Assembly: GCA_903894565.1 (NCBI GenBank)
Contig: CAITQP010000007.1
Span: forward strand, 28,213 to 92,212
Direction: 5' to 3'
From: an uncultured bacterium
Lineage (GTDB): Bacteria > Patescibacteriota > Minisyncoccia > Phycocordibacterales > UBA9973
DNA: 64,000 nucleotides
The notes beneath the pieces are model-generated. The model was given only the letters and a program-made list of their open reading frames with translations. It was not told where the DNA came from and ran no database searches. A program made the position numbers and the translations under genes. Of this stretch, positions 46,749-56,744 are shown one piece after another; position 1 is the stretch's first letter, and each line of letters opens with the position of its first letter.

Positions 46749-47342
46749 CTAGTACCAATTAAAAAGTTCTTCCGTGTGAGTAATCGACTCTGGGGTAATA
46801 CCATCTTTCCATGTTACGGTCGATGTGACCGTAACCTCATCTGTTGAAAGCGACACGGCATCAACGGTAATTTTTCGCGTGAACACAGAAGAAGGCGGGA
46901 TACCTGCTGACCAAGTGTCTTTATAAAAACCGCTCGAAGTATCGTAATACAATGGACAACCAGAGACTGGACACGAAACGATATTCGTAACGTTTGGAAA
47001 AATAGTTGCTCCTGCTGAGTTCGTTGCGTCTATATCACACGAAACTGAAGTACTCGTTGTACAAAGAGCGATCCCCGTCATAAACGACGCCCATCCCGTA
47101 CCGCGAGAACCAGCAGATACACCAGCAACATTCGTATCGCGAAATCCACGAACCAATTCAACTCCTTCATCGGCAAGATACGTTGCGACTAGTTTGTTTC
47201 GAGCAATATTAATAGTAAGCCCACCTTGTGAGGCAACAGTAATAACTCCGGCAACCGCAATTGAAAAAATAGTAAGCGCAATAAGCACTTCTACAATAGT
47301 AAATCCTCGTTCTGTGTGATTATAAGTGTGAGAAAATTGCAT
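46749..47342 (-). CDS. PilV-like minor pilin
   Basis: RGFTIVEVLIAL N-methylation site; A.YLADEGVELVR..RD. Confidence 0.85.
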   Translation of the reverse strand: MQFSHTYNHTERGFTIVEVLIALTIFSIAVAGVITVASQGGLTINIARNKLVATYLADEGVELVRGFRDTNVAGVSAGSRGTGWASFMTGIALCTTSTSVSCDIDATNSAGATIFPNVTNIVSCPVSGCPLYYDTSSGFYKDTWSAGIPPSSVFTRKITVDAVSLSTDEVTVTSTVTWKDGITPESITHTEELFNWY

Positions 47343-47354
47343 AGTGAGTATGTA

Positions 47355-47957
47355 TTACGAATCGAGCGCACGCTGTGATGCCGTTGTTTCGATTGCAAAC
47401 TTAGAATTTATTCCTTTGTAATGAATCGTTCCCGCAAGCCGGATCACCACTGTTGGCTGTGCACCATCACCTGCTTCTGCACCACGTACGGTGAATCCAG
47501 AATTCGCCCAATCCATTTCAACTTCATTCGGAGTGATCACTTGAGGTATCCCCGCCCCCTTTTGCTTCACAATGGTGCTTGGAGTACTGCCACTCGCGGG
47601 CATGATTTCATATGTTATCACAGTGCCATCTTGAGAGTTAAATGAAATAATGTTGTGTGGGTCAGAAGGAAGTGGACATGATAGTGGATCCACAATCCCG
47701 CTCGTACCACCAGTGCCCGGAGCACCACAGTGTGGTGGTGTCCCCAATCGAATGTTTCGCGCCATATCTTCCATCACGTAATTGAGACTATCCATTACTG
47801 TACGCAAATTTTGTGTCGCGTAATGCTGATTGATTGCATCGAGGACACTACCAATACCGATCGTAACGATAACCGTAAAGATTGCCATCGCAATCATGAC
47901 TTCAATAATCGTGAAGCCTCTTGAATCGAGAGTAGTTGCTATTTGATTTTTGTTCAT
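47355..47957 (-). CDS. PilW/GspJ-like minor pilin
   Basis: RGFTIIEVMIAMAIF; MEDMARNIRLG. Confidence 0.85.
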   Translation of the reverse strand: MNKNQIATTLDSRGFTIIEVMIAMAIFTVIVTIGIGSVLDAINQHYATQNLRTVMDSLNYVMEDMARNIRLGTPPHCGAPGTGGTSGIVDPLSCPLPSDPHNIISFNSQDGTVITYEIMPASGSTPSTIVKQKGAGIPQVITPNEVEMDWANSGFTVRGAEAGDGAQPTVVIRLAGTIHYKGINSKFAIETTASQRALDS

Positions 47958-47977
47958 ACGAGAATACATCATATCGA

Positions 47978-48700
47978 TTAGCAAGAAGTACCAACAAGAT
48001 CACACGCGGGTCCGTTGTGTACACTAATTTCGCCCAAACCAGTAATCACTATCGTTCCAGCAAGCGCAGTATTCACGGCTGAACGAAGTTCGATGTATCC
48101 TGTTCCAGCAGGAGTACAGGTTCCTCCGCCTACACACATTTCGATTGTTGCATCCGGAAAAGGTCGAACAAACGTAATGTTCGCAGACATTGCACCAGCA
48201 CTACAGCCTTGTGTTCCATCAAGAGCAACCCAACACACTTTGCTTACGTATTCACCACTTGTTATGGATGTTGTGGCGATACATTCATTTCCTACGGTTG
48301 GAGTACTTGGACAACCAGTTGTTGGATCGTAGACGCCATTTCCACGAGTAGTTCCAAGAAGTGGGATATCAGTAAAATAAGTAAACTGATGTGTCAGCGG
48401 GTCCGCAGTTGGATCAGATGCAGATGTCTGAAAAAACATTCCATACGATGGTGGATTGTTCGTATCAGTAAAATTTGGATTCAGAGTTCCTGAGATTGCT
48501 GATTTTTGTGCCTGCACAATGTGCAGAGCAACATCTTGAATGAGGTTATCAAATGCAGTTTTTGCACCAAAATCTTTGAATCGAAAAAGAACAATCGATG
48601 CCATAACTGCGAAAATAGTAATCACGAAAGAAACTTCAAGCAACGTGAATCCTTTTTCTTCTTTCCATTTTGACTGTGTATGCGTAAAAAGTGAAATCAT
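47978..48700 (-). CDS. FimT/GspH-like minor pilin
   Basis: KGFTLLEVSFVITI. Confidence 0.8.
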   Translation of the reverse strand: MISLFTHTQSKWKEEKGFTLLEVSFVITIFAVMASIVLFRFKDFGAKTAFDNLIQDVALHIVQAQKSAISGTLNPNFTDTNNPPSYGMFFQTSASDPTADPLTHQFTYFTDIPLLGTTRGNGVYDPTTGCPSTPTVGNECIATTSITSGEYVSKVCWVALDGTQGCSAGAMSANITFVRPFPDATIEMCVGGGTCTPAGTGYIELRSAVNTALAGTIVITGLGEISVHNGPACDLVGTSC

Positions 48701-48703
48701 TTT

Positions 48704-49525
48704 TTAACGTGCAAAAAATTGCGTTATGCTTTCAATATTTACCGAAAAAAGAAATACGAGCAACGTGCCAAATGCAAGAAACGGGCCAAACGGAATCGCT
48801 GTTTTGAGAGATACGGCTTTCTGCTTCGCAAACAAGGCAAGTCCAAGAATACCAAGAATACTTACACCGGCACCAATCCAGAACGAAAGGAGAATTGCAG
48901 CAGTCCCCGCCGACAACCCAAGCATAAACCCAATTCCAATCATGAGTTTTGCGTCACCGAGTCCCATCCATTTTCCTTTTGAAACAAGCCACAAAAGTGA
49001 AAATGGTGCAGGCAAAAGCAAACCAGCAACACAATCCCACCCACTTGGAATATGAAGGATGAGAGCATCGCCTTTGAAGAGAAACATTCCGATCAAGGCG
49101 ACCGAAGCAAAGAGCATCGTCATGCCGTCAGGTAAAATCTTATGTTTCAAATCGTACACCGACATGACTAATAACAAACAAAAAATAAAACCATAATATC
49201 CAAAGAGTACTGCGAATAATAACGGGATTTGAGTTAGGAGGTACGCGAATCGAATATAGAGAGCGACAAACAAAAATCCAGTAACCGCCTCGATTATTGG
49301 ATACTGCCATGAGATGTGAGTTCCGCATCCTGCGCACTTCCCTTTTTGGGTAACAAAACTACCGATTGGCACAAGCTCAAACCAAGTGAGTGTTTTGCCA
49401 CACGAAAAACACATCGATCTACCTTGAAGCGTACGTCCGCTTCGGTATCGCAAGATAACAACGTTTAAAAAACTTCCAATAATAGTACCGAACAAGAAAA
49501 ATATAATCATGAGTGCCGTGTTCAT
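48704..49525 (-). CDS. pilD: Prepilin peptidase
   Basis: GSFLNVVI.R, RS.C..C..L.WFELVP, YDLKH.ILPD, MGLGDAKL, IPFGPFL. Confidence 0.93.
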   Translation of the reverse strand: MNTALMIIFFLFGTIIGSFLNVVILRYRSGRTLQGRSMCFSCGKTLTWFELVPIGSFVTQKGKCAGCGTHISWQYPIIEAVTGFLFVALYIRFAYLLTQIPLLFAVLFGYYGFIFCLLLVMSVYDLKHKILPDGMTMLFASVALIGMFLFKGDALILHIPSGWDCVAGLLLPAPFSLLWLVSKGKWMGLGDAKLMIGIGFMLGLSAGTAAILLSFWIGAGVSILGILGLALFAKQKAVSLKTAIPFGPFLAFGTLLVFLFSVNIESITQFFAR

Positions 49526-49580
49526 TTCTACTAGTAGTATACTACAGCTTATCCATAAAAATCATTGATATTCTGTGTAC

Positions 49581-49616
49581 AAAAAAGCTCGCGCCCATTG
49601 GGCGCGAGCTTTTTTA
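49581..49616 (-). terminator. Intrinsic terminator after major pilin
   Basis: aaaaaagctcgcgccc-att-gggcgcgagctttttt. Confidence 0.8.
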
Positions 49617-49628
49617 AGAACAAAACGA

Positions 49629-50105
49629 TTATGACTTGAGGCAAAGACCGTCAGTAACACTGAGTGTTGAAAGTGAAACACCTTCAGTGCCTGAAAGCAT
49701 CTGACCAGTACTGTCAGCACACCATTCAGCCATAGTTGTAGTATTTTCAGACTTAACTGCCCAAGCACTCGCGTTCCCCGATGAAGGAGTATTGGTATAA
49801 CATGTCGTTGTGTAACCAGATGGAATACCGTCGAGCAAACCTTTGAGTGTGTTTGTTCCAGTCGCAAACAATGAGCCCGCGCTACAATCAACCGTACCAC
49901 TCGTAAGTGTACCGTAATCACCTGAACCAGTATAAAAGAGCTCTGCCTGAGCACGCATTGAAGAAAGTTCAGCCTGAACCTTGGCATCGTTTGCCTTTAC
50001 ACGAGCACTACCAAGAGAGGTGAGGACGATTGTTGCGAGAATCCCGATGATGGCGATAACGACCAAAAGTTCGATAAGCGTAAAACCTGCTTGTTTATTT
50101 TTCAT
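49629..50105 (-). CDS. Type IV major pilin (probable)
   Basis: GFTLIELLVVIAIIGILATIVL.SL..AR.KA.DA; C-terminal WCADSTG; own terminator. Confidence 0.9.
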   Translation of the reverse strand: MKNKQAGFTLIELLVVIAIIGILATIVLTSLGSARVKANDAKVQAELSSMRAQAELFYTGSGDYGTLTSGTVDCSAGSLFATGTNTLKGLLDGIPSGYTTTCYTNTPSSGNASAWAVKSENTTTMAEWCADSTGQMLSGTEGVSLSTLSVTDGLCLKS

Positions 50106-50207
50106 ACTTTAATATTGGCTAGTAATAATATTGCATTCCTGTAATACCTCCGATTATAGCACTTTTACTCCTCCCCCATGAGCAAAGCGGGTTGTGGAAA
50201 ACAAATA

Positions 50208-51413
50208 CTATTGAATACTTGAAGCAATGTTGTAAATTGGCACCAAGATCGAAGTAAGCAATACTCCAACTCCAAGTCCGAGCACCACGATCATAACAGG
50301 CTCGATCAGTCCGACAAGTGTATCAACAGCATCGTCAACTTCTCGCTTATAAAACTGAGCAAGAGTTTTGAGAATATTTGAAAGGTTTCCTGTTTCTTCC
50401 CCCACTCGCACCATTTGAATCATGATTTGCGGTACACGTTCCCCGTTTTTGGCAAGGGCATCAGAGAGAGAACTACCCGCTTTGACCGCCTCCCCTGCTT
50501 CTTCAAGAACACTCTGATATACACGACTTCCGACAACTTTACTCGTAATTTCAATTGTACGAACAATTGAAACACCAGACGTAAGCATCGTACTCATGTT
50601 GTCTGAAATACGCGAAAGGTAGAGCTTCGTATACAATCGTCCAAGTACAGGAAGAGAAAGGCTCATTGTTCCAAGGTATGTTTTGCCTCTTTCAGTTCGA
50701 GACAAACGCCAAATATACATCCCGGCGATCACGATAAAGATAAGTACGAACAATCCATAATTAACAAAAAACTGAGAAATCCCAATAACCACCTTCGTAT
50801 AGAGAGGGATCGCTTGCCCACTTGATTCGATGATTGCAGACAATTTTGGGATCACCAATATAAACATGAGCACCATCACGATGATAAATACTCCGATAAC
50901 GAAAGCTGGATAAATAAGCGCGTTTTTTGTTTTTGAGTTCAGCTCGTATTGACGATCCAAATATTCAGCCAAATAATCAAACACCTGGTTTAATTTTCCA
51001 GACTCTTCACCGGCTTTTACCATGTTCACATAAAAATCAGTAAAGATATCTGGATGTTTCGCGAGCGCCGCTGAAATAGCACTTCCCGCCTGAATATCAT
51101 CAGTGACCGCAGTCAGCTTTCGCTTCAAGAGTGGATTTTCAGCATTTGAAGCAAGAAGACTGAACGCCTTCAATGCAGAAACTTGCGCGTCGAACAAAGT
51201 CGAAACCTGTCGTGACAAAATCACGATATCGCGAGGTGGAATACGCTCAAAGATATCTCTCTTTAAAAAAGTTTTTTCTCCATCTTCATTCACGGAGACA
51301 ACAATAAACCCGCGTCGCTGCAATGCAGCAATGGCAAGATCCTTGTTTGGAGCATCAATTGCTCCCTCTTTTTTTTCACCCGTATCAGTGACAGCTTTGT
51401 AGGTAAAATTCAT
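50208..51413 (-). CDS. pilC: Type IV pilus platform protein PilC/GspF
   Basis: GEESGKL, ALIYP, GEETGNL, LIEP, PIYN. Confidence 0.92.
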   Translation of the reverse strand: MNFTYKAVTDTGEKKEGAIDAPNKDLAIAALQRRGFIVVSVNEDGEKTFLKRDIFERIPPRDIVILSRQVSTLFDAQVSALKAFSLLASNAENPLLKRKLTAVTDDIQAGSAISAALAKHPDIFTDFYVNMVKAGEESGKLNQVFDYLAEYLDRQYELNSKTKNALIYPAFVIGVFIIVMVLMFILVIPKLSAIIESSGQAIPLYTKVVIGISQFFVNYGLFVLIFIVIAGMYIWRLSRTERGKTYLGTMSLSLPVLGRLYTKLYLSRISDNMSTMLTSGVSIVRTIEITSKVVGSRVYQSVLEEAGEAVKAGSSLSDALAKNGERVPQIMIQMVRVGEETGNLSNILKTLAQFYKREVDDAVDTLVGLIEPVMIVVLGLGVGVLLTSILVPIYNIASSIQ

Positions 51414-51428
51414 ACTATGTTCAAAAAA

Positions 51429-52487
51429 TTAGAGAATACGTTCTAGCGCCTTCGGGTTCATAGAATACAAATACGCACTTTCCATCGTAATCTCACCTGA
51501 ACGAACAAGTTCGAGCAAACTTCGATTCATATCTACCATGCCGTGTTCAGTACCAGTTTCGATAACAACATCGATCTCATGAGTTCGCTTTTCACGAATA
51601 AGGTTTGCGACTGCGTTGTTGTTGATGAGCAATTCGTATGCTGGCACCAATCCTCCAGTAATTCGAGGAATTAAACGCTGAGAAAAAATACCGAGCAAGC
51701 TTTCAGCGAGCTGTGAGCGAATCTGATCTTGTTGATCTCCCGGAAAACTATCGATAATACGATCAATTGTTTGTGCTGCATTATTTGTATGGAGTGTGGA
51801 AAGGACGAGGTGTCCTGTCTCAGCGGCAGTAACAGCAGTAGAGATCGTCTCAGGAGAACGCATCTCGCCAATCATAATGACGTTTACATCTTCGCGGAAA
51901 ATAGAACGGAGTCCTGTTGGAAAATCCTTTGTATCAATACCAACTTCACGTTGATCTATGATTGAATGCTTTTCTTCGAACACATACTCGATTGGATCTT
52001 CGATTGTAAGAATGTGCTCTGCTCGTTCACTATTGATGAAATCAACCATCGCAGAAAGAGTCGTGCTCTTCCCTTGCCCCACAGGGCCCACTACCAAGAA
52101 AAATCCTTGCTTCTTGCGAGCGAATTCTTTGAGAGATTCTGGGAGTTTTAATTCTGGAAGCGTGCGCACTTGTGGAATAAGTCGGAGTGCAATCGAAACA
52201 GAACTCTTGTGGTAGAACGCATTGCCACGAAGACGAGCTTGGCCTTTGTGGTCATAAGAAAAATCAACTTCTTGAGTCGCAAGAAAACGTTCGTACTTTG
52301 TTTTGTCGAGAATCGCCCCAAGAATACCAAGCATGTTTTCCTGAGTGAGCGCAGGCTGGTTTACGAGCTGGATGAGCTGAGTAGAAACACGAATCGAAGG
52401 GAGACGACCAGCTGAAATGTGGAGGTCCGAACCTCCTTCTTTGATAACAGTATCAACAAGTGATTCAATCAGTGCTCGTGGATCCAT
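51429..52487 (-). CDS. pilT: Pilus retraction ATPase PilT
   Basis: SDLH, GPVGQGKSTTL, TIEDPIE, QREVG.D, GEMR, AAETGHLV.STLHT. Confidence 0.92.
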   Translation of the reverse strand: MDPRALIESLVDTVIKEGGSDLHISAGRLPSIRVSTQLIQLVNQPALTQENMLGILGAILDKTKYERFLATQEVDFSYDHKGQARLRGNAFYHKSSVSIALRLIPQVRTLPELKLPESLKEFARKKQGFFLVVGPVGQGKSTTLSAMVDFINSERAEHILTIEDPIEYVFEEKHSIIDQREVGIDTKDFPTGLRSIFREDVNVIMIGEMRSPETISTAVTAAETGHLVLSTLHTNNAAQTIDRIIDSFPGDQQDQIRSQLAESLLGIFSQRLIPRITGGLVPAYELLINNNAVANLIREKRTHEIDVVIETGTEHGMVDMNRSLLELVRSGEITMESAYLYSMNPKALERIL

Positions 52488-52492
52488 AGTAA

Positions 52493-52885
52493 TTATTTTT
52501 TCTCAACTTTTGAAATAATGTCGGCAACCTGTGTGATCACTTCGGCTGGAGTCGTCGAAGCTTTCACGATATATCCTGCAGCGCCGAGTTCTTTGCCACG
52601 TGCAATATCTGCTTCTTGACCACGGTTAGAGAGGACGATACGAATCGCACCAAGCGCAAGCTTCTCTGCGCGCATCTTTTCGAGAAATTCAAATCCATCC
52701 ACAACAGGCATGACGATGTCGAGCAAGATGATCTCAGGATCGTACGTTCCGCCACGGAGTTTTTCAAGTGCGGGAAGGGCTCCAAGTGCTGTCGTCACAT
52801 CATATCCCGATTGCGAGAATTTGAGTGCGTACATATCGAGGAGAAAGCTGTCGTCATCTACGATGAATATCTTTTTATTTTGCAT
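52493..52885 (-). CDS. Stand-alone response regulator receiver
   Basis: IVDDD, LLDIVMP..DG, LSN, GA.GYIVK. Confidence 0.9.
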   Translation of the reverse strand: MQNKKIFIVDDDSFLLDMYALKFSQSGYDVTTALGALPALEKLRGGTYDPEIILLDIVMPVVDGFEFLEKMRAEKLALGAIRIVLSNRGQEADIARGKELGAAGYIVKASTTPAEVITQVADIISKVEKK

Positions 52886-52949
52886 ACTATTATTAGGTGT
52901 CAGAGACTATTATAGTATAGCACAACCGCCTTGCATAGAGTGGAAAGCT

Positions 52950-54680
52950 TTATACATTATAAATCTCTTGGAATGGAATCTTACCTTCGATACACTTAAG
53001 AATAGCGTCCTCACGCATAGTGAGGTACCCCTTCTCTCGAACCAATTTATAGATATCCGTCTCAACTGGCTTCTTCAATATAAGTGCTTGTAAATCCTTG
53101 TCGTTTTGGTACATCTCAAAGACAGCCAAGCGTCCACGCGTGCCTCCTGGACATTCGGCGGAAGGTATCGCATCGGTAAACATCCCGTTTGGAAGCTTTG
53201 CTTTAAATTCATCAGGCAAATCAGAAAACTGTTTGGTTGCCATTTCTTTAAGACTGTCTTGATTGTCTGCTTGGTGACGACTTGAGACACAGGTCATACG
53301 AACAAGACGTTGCGCGATCGCGAGAGTCAACGTTGGTGCAATCAAATAGGGATCAATACCCATATCAATCAATCGAGGTACGATACCAATCGCGTTATTG
53401 GTGTGTAATGTTGAGAGCACAATGTGTCCAGTCAACGCCGCTTGAATAGCGAGCTGTGCTGTCTCCGCGTCACGAATTTCTCCCACCATGATCACGTCTG
53501 GGTCCTGACGAAGAATCGAACGAAGTCCTGAGGCAAACGTATACCCAATTTCAGGCATGACCTGCGATTGATTCACATCAGGAATATGATATTCAACCGG
53601 ATCTTCAAGCGACACAATATTGTATTTTTCCTTATCAAGCTCGTTGAGAATCGAATAAATAGTCGTAGATTTTCCAGACCCAGTCGGACCAGTCACCAAA
53701 ATCAACCCGTATGGTCGAGCAAGCGCCTCTCGAATCATCGCCATATGCTCCACTGAAAGACCGATGGTATCAAGCGCCTTTACCCCTTTGTCGGTATCAA
53801 GAATACGAAGTACGACTTTTTCTCCATAATAGGAAGGAAGTGTCGAGACACGAAAATCAATCTTGCGCGCGCTGATTGTCGCAGAAAATCCCCCATCTTG
53901 TGGTTTACGCTTTTCATCGAGACGAAGCTTTGACAAGATTTTGATACGAGCAACGACGCCCGCGTACACAGTCATAGGAAGTACGAGTGATGTGTGCAAA
54001 ATACCATCAACACGAAAACGAACTTTTACTTTTTCACCAGTATTCTCGATATGAATGTCAGAAGCATTGCCCTCAACAGCATTATTAAGAATCACGGCAA
54101 CAATTTTAATAATTGGTGCTTCCTCAACAATCTTTTCTTCTTCACCTGGCTTGAGTTTTTCTTGTGCAGTTCGGGGGTCATCAATTGTAATATCAGTATT
54201 TTGCCCCGACTCATTGCCGTAATCAGTCAGCGCCTTATCAACCTGGCCACTCATCCCACTATAGTTTTGCAAAATGGCTTTAAATACTCGTTCAGAAATA
54301 ACAAAAAGCTTAAACGGCATTCCTCCGTGTCCATCCGTAATAAACTGGAGCGCGTCACCAGCCTGGGTTTCTTCGGGGTTTGTGATACCGACAAGCAACG
54401 CTCCTGCTTCGATACCAAGTGGCACAAAGTGATAATGCTGTGCGGCATCTTCAGGAATATATTTGAGGATATCTCCTCGTACTGTCTTTGGATCTACTGG
54501 GCGAGCTGGCAAATTGTAGTATGAACTTTTTTCTGCAAGGAGTGTATTTTCTGGAACACCATGAGCGATAATTGATTCCTCGAGATTGCCTCCATATTTC
54601 TCACTTGCGACACGTAAAATATCCCCTACTTGATCTTGGGCGACAAGTCCTCGTTGTACTAATTCCTCAATGAATGTCAT
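52950..54680 (-). CDS. pilB: Pilus assembly ATPase PilB/GspE
   Basis: ASDIHIE, RFRVDG, PQDG, GPTGSGKSTT, LRQDPD, GEIRD, TGH..STLHTN. Confidence 0.93.
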   Translation of the reverse strand: MTFIEELVQRGLVAQDQVGDILRVASEKYGGNLEESIIAHGVPENTLLAEKSSYYNLPARPVDPKTVRGDILKYIPEDAAQHYHFVPLGIEAGALLVGITNPEETQAGDALQFITDGHGGMPFKLFVISERVFKAILQNYSGMSGQVDKALTDYGNESGQNTDITIDDPRTAQEKLKPGEEEKIVEEAPIIKIVAVILNNAVEGNASDIHIENTGEKVKVRFRVDGILHTSLVLPMTVYAGVVARIKILSKLRLDEKRKPQDGGFSATISARKIDFRVSTLPSYYGEKVVLRILDTDKGVKALDTIGLSVEHMAMIREALARPYGLILVTGPTGSGKSTTIYSILNELDKEKYNIVSLEDPVEYHIPDVNQSQVMPEIGYTFASGLRSILRQDPDVIMVGEIRDAETAQLAIQAALTGHIVLSTLHTNNAIGIVPRLIDMGIDPYLIAPTLTLAIAQRLVRMTCVSSRHQADNQDSLKEMATKQFSDLPDEFKAKLPNGMFTDAIPSAECPGGTRGRLAVFEMYQNDKDLQALILKKPVETDIYKLVREKGYLTMREDAILKCIEGKIPFQEIYNV

Positions 54681-54700
54681 GTATGTTTGATTCGTACGCG

Positions 54701-55363
54701 TTACTTCAAAGCCGTCTTCCAAGTCAGTACGTTCCCAAGCACTGTTGCACCTCCAATCAATGCATCTGCTCGAACATAATATGTTGTGTTCGGAAGCAAT
54801 TTTGAAACTACTTCTGTAAATGCTCCCTGAGTAGCCTGAGGCTTCGGCGTAGTCATTGAGCCAAGTGAACTTGTTGTTCCAAACTCAAACCATCGTGTCG
54901 TTGTTGCGTCTCCTGCGAGAAGAGTTCCGTTCAACGTCGCCGAGGTGCCTGTCACTGAAGAGGGGCTACTTGTCGAGACTTGTACTGTCGCGGCAATACC
55001 GTCTGAGCCAATTGGAGCAAATGGATTCGTGCGTCCAGGATTCTGGTCGGCAGGAATAGGGCGATTAAAATCTTGGAGAACGGTGAACTCTTTGCTTGTA
55101 AAGAGTGAGTCGTCAAGCGAAATTGATTCGATCGAAAGTAATGTATTCAGAAAATCTGTTCCGATTGTTCCTGCATCAGCTGTTGAAGAAGGATTAACCG
55201 CTGCGATTTGTGGACTTGCTGAAGTACCCGCTCCAACTCCAGCAGTTGTCTTTAAGCCGCTTGTAGGCGTGCTTGTTGTACTACTGAAAAACATCTTGTA
55301 GCCCACGACAGCTAACCCGAGTACAACCGCAATAATGATGATGTTACGAATAATAGATTTCAT
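54701..55363 (-). CDS. Pilus-associated protein (PilP-position) with FN3-like domain
   Basis: TM anchor, GRTNPFAP, SATLNG...LLPNTTYYVR. Confidence 0.65.
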   Translation of the reverse strand: MKSIIRNIIIIAVVLGLAVVGYKMFFSSTTSTPTSGLKTTAGVGAGTSASPQIAAVNPSSTADAGTIGTDFLNTLLSIESISLDDSLFTSKEFTVLQDFNRPIPADQNPGRTNPFAPIGSDGIAATVQVSTSSPSSVTGTSATLNGTLLAGDATTTRWFEFGTTSSLGSMTTPKPQATQGAFTEVVSKLLPNTTYYVRADALIGGATVLGNVLTWKTALK

Positions 55364-55367
55364 AGTG

Positions 55368-55943
55368 TTATCCTTTGAGCCAATAGGTGCGCAATTTTAC
55401 GGTGTATATTGTTGTACCCTTCAATGGATCTGCTGCGGTGAAGTCGATGGATTGAATGTCAGTGAGACGAAGACTCGACTCAACATCCTTCAAGAAACTT
55501 TGGAAATTGGCATAAGTAGCAGTCGTCGTAAACTGAAGGTTGAAAATACCATAATCCTTCGATGCCTGAGTCGCATCGAGTGTCGTCACCGCAGCAAGCT
55601 GACCGGGTGTAGCTGAAGCTCCGTTTGCTGAATCAAATTTGATTGAGTTGAGTGACATACCATAACTCTGTGCCATCTGTTGGATATCAATGATGAGACG
55701 AATGTTATCAGCATTGTCAGGGAGTAACTTTGAAAGTCTTGCGAGTGAGTCTTCAGAAAGAGCACGATACTTTTGGTTGAGCGCATCTCGTTCCTCGGTA
55801 AGTTTGCGAGCATTTGTAAGCGCAGTATCATATTTGGTTGCGAGTGCGCGTTGTGCAGAAAGTGACTGGTACGCAGGATTTGTGTACTCGAAGAATAATC
55901 CGAGAGACAATGCGAGCAAAATAATTGGAAGAATAAATCTCAT
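55368..55943 (-). CDS. pilO: PilO-like protein
   Basis: TM, coiled coil, LSKLLP, Y.NF..FL.DVE.SLRL.DI. Confidence 0.8.
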   Translation of the reverse strand: MRFILPIILLALSLGLFFEYTNPAYQSLSAQRALATKYDTALTNARKLTEERDALNQKYRALSEDSLARLSKLLPDNADNIRLIIDIQQMAQSYGMSLNSIKFDSANGASATPGQLAAVTTLDATQASKDYGIFNLQFTTTATYANFQSFLKDVESSLRLTDIQSIDFTAADPLKGTTIYTVKLRTYWLKG

Positions 55944-55948
55944 ATAAT

Positions 55949-56674
55949 TTATTGTGTTGGAGAAACAGGCGGTACCGAAGATCCTGATGCAGGAATGCCG
56001 GTTGTTACAGGAGTAGTCTGGACGGCTGTTTGCTGCGTCATGTCTATAGTACCACTTGATTGCTGTGCAGAAAAATCATCCAAGTGATTCTTGAAACGAA
56101 CAAGGTCAGCATCAACAGTAAACTCAAGGTCGAACGACACTGTCCCCGTCTGAGCATCAAGTGCGAGATTTGAAAAGAGTGAATTGTGAATATTGCTGTT
56201 CTTCGCAAGTTGATCTGATTGAAGCGCGATCGAACTATAGTCGCGAGCTTTACCACTCATATGAATAGTAATCGGAGCTGAAGGATCGACAGGAGTCGTA
56301 TATGAAAATTTTGTAAACTGAATACTCTTAAGTGTATTGATTTGAAGCGCATCAAATACAGGAGAAACCATGATGTGATTTCCGAGTAGCGATTTTGCAT
56401 CGGTGATACGACGGTCAAGCTTTTCGAGTGTTTTAATCAGTGTAGGCTGAAATGAATTTCGCGCAGCGGTAATTTGAGCACTCTTGTCAGCATTCGTCTT
56501 CAGAAGATTCGCTTGATAGAAATAAATTGCTCCGGCAGACGCAAGTGAACCAAAGAAAATCAGCGTTGCAAAAAATGAAAAGATCGAAGTATGACGCGGA
56601 GCAACAACCCGCTCTTCAGCAAGTGGCTTCTTCGGAATGAAAGATGTTTGAAAGCTAGCGTTTGTGTTATCCAT
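55949..56674 (-). CDS. PilN-like protein
   Basis: FQTSFIPKKP, TM, coiled coil, SGKA.DY..IA.Q, V.F.LEF. Confidence 0.7.
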   Translation of the reverse strand: MDNTNASFQTSFIPKKPLAEERVVAPRHTSIFSFFATLIFFGSLASAGAIYFYQANLLKTNADKSAQITAARNSFQPTLIKTLEKLDRRITDAKSLLGNHIMVSPVFDALQINTLKSIQFTKFSYTTPVDPSAPITIHMSGKARDYSSIALQSDQLAKNSNIHNSLFSNLALDAQTGTVSFDLEFTVDADLVRFKNHLDDFSAQQSSGTIDMTQQTAVQTTPVTTGIPASGSSVPPVSPTQ

Positions 56675-56744
56675 ACAAGCTATGCACTCTCTCTATTGTA
56701 GTACAACGAACGCAAGGTGTATAGAGCAAAAGGCTGTGGATGTC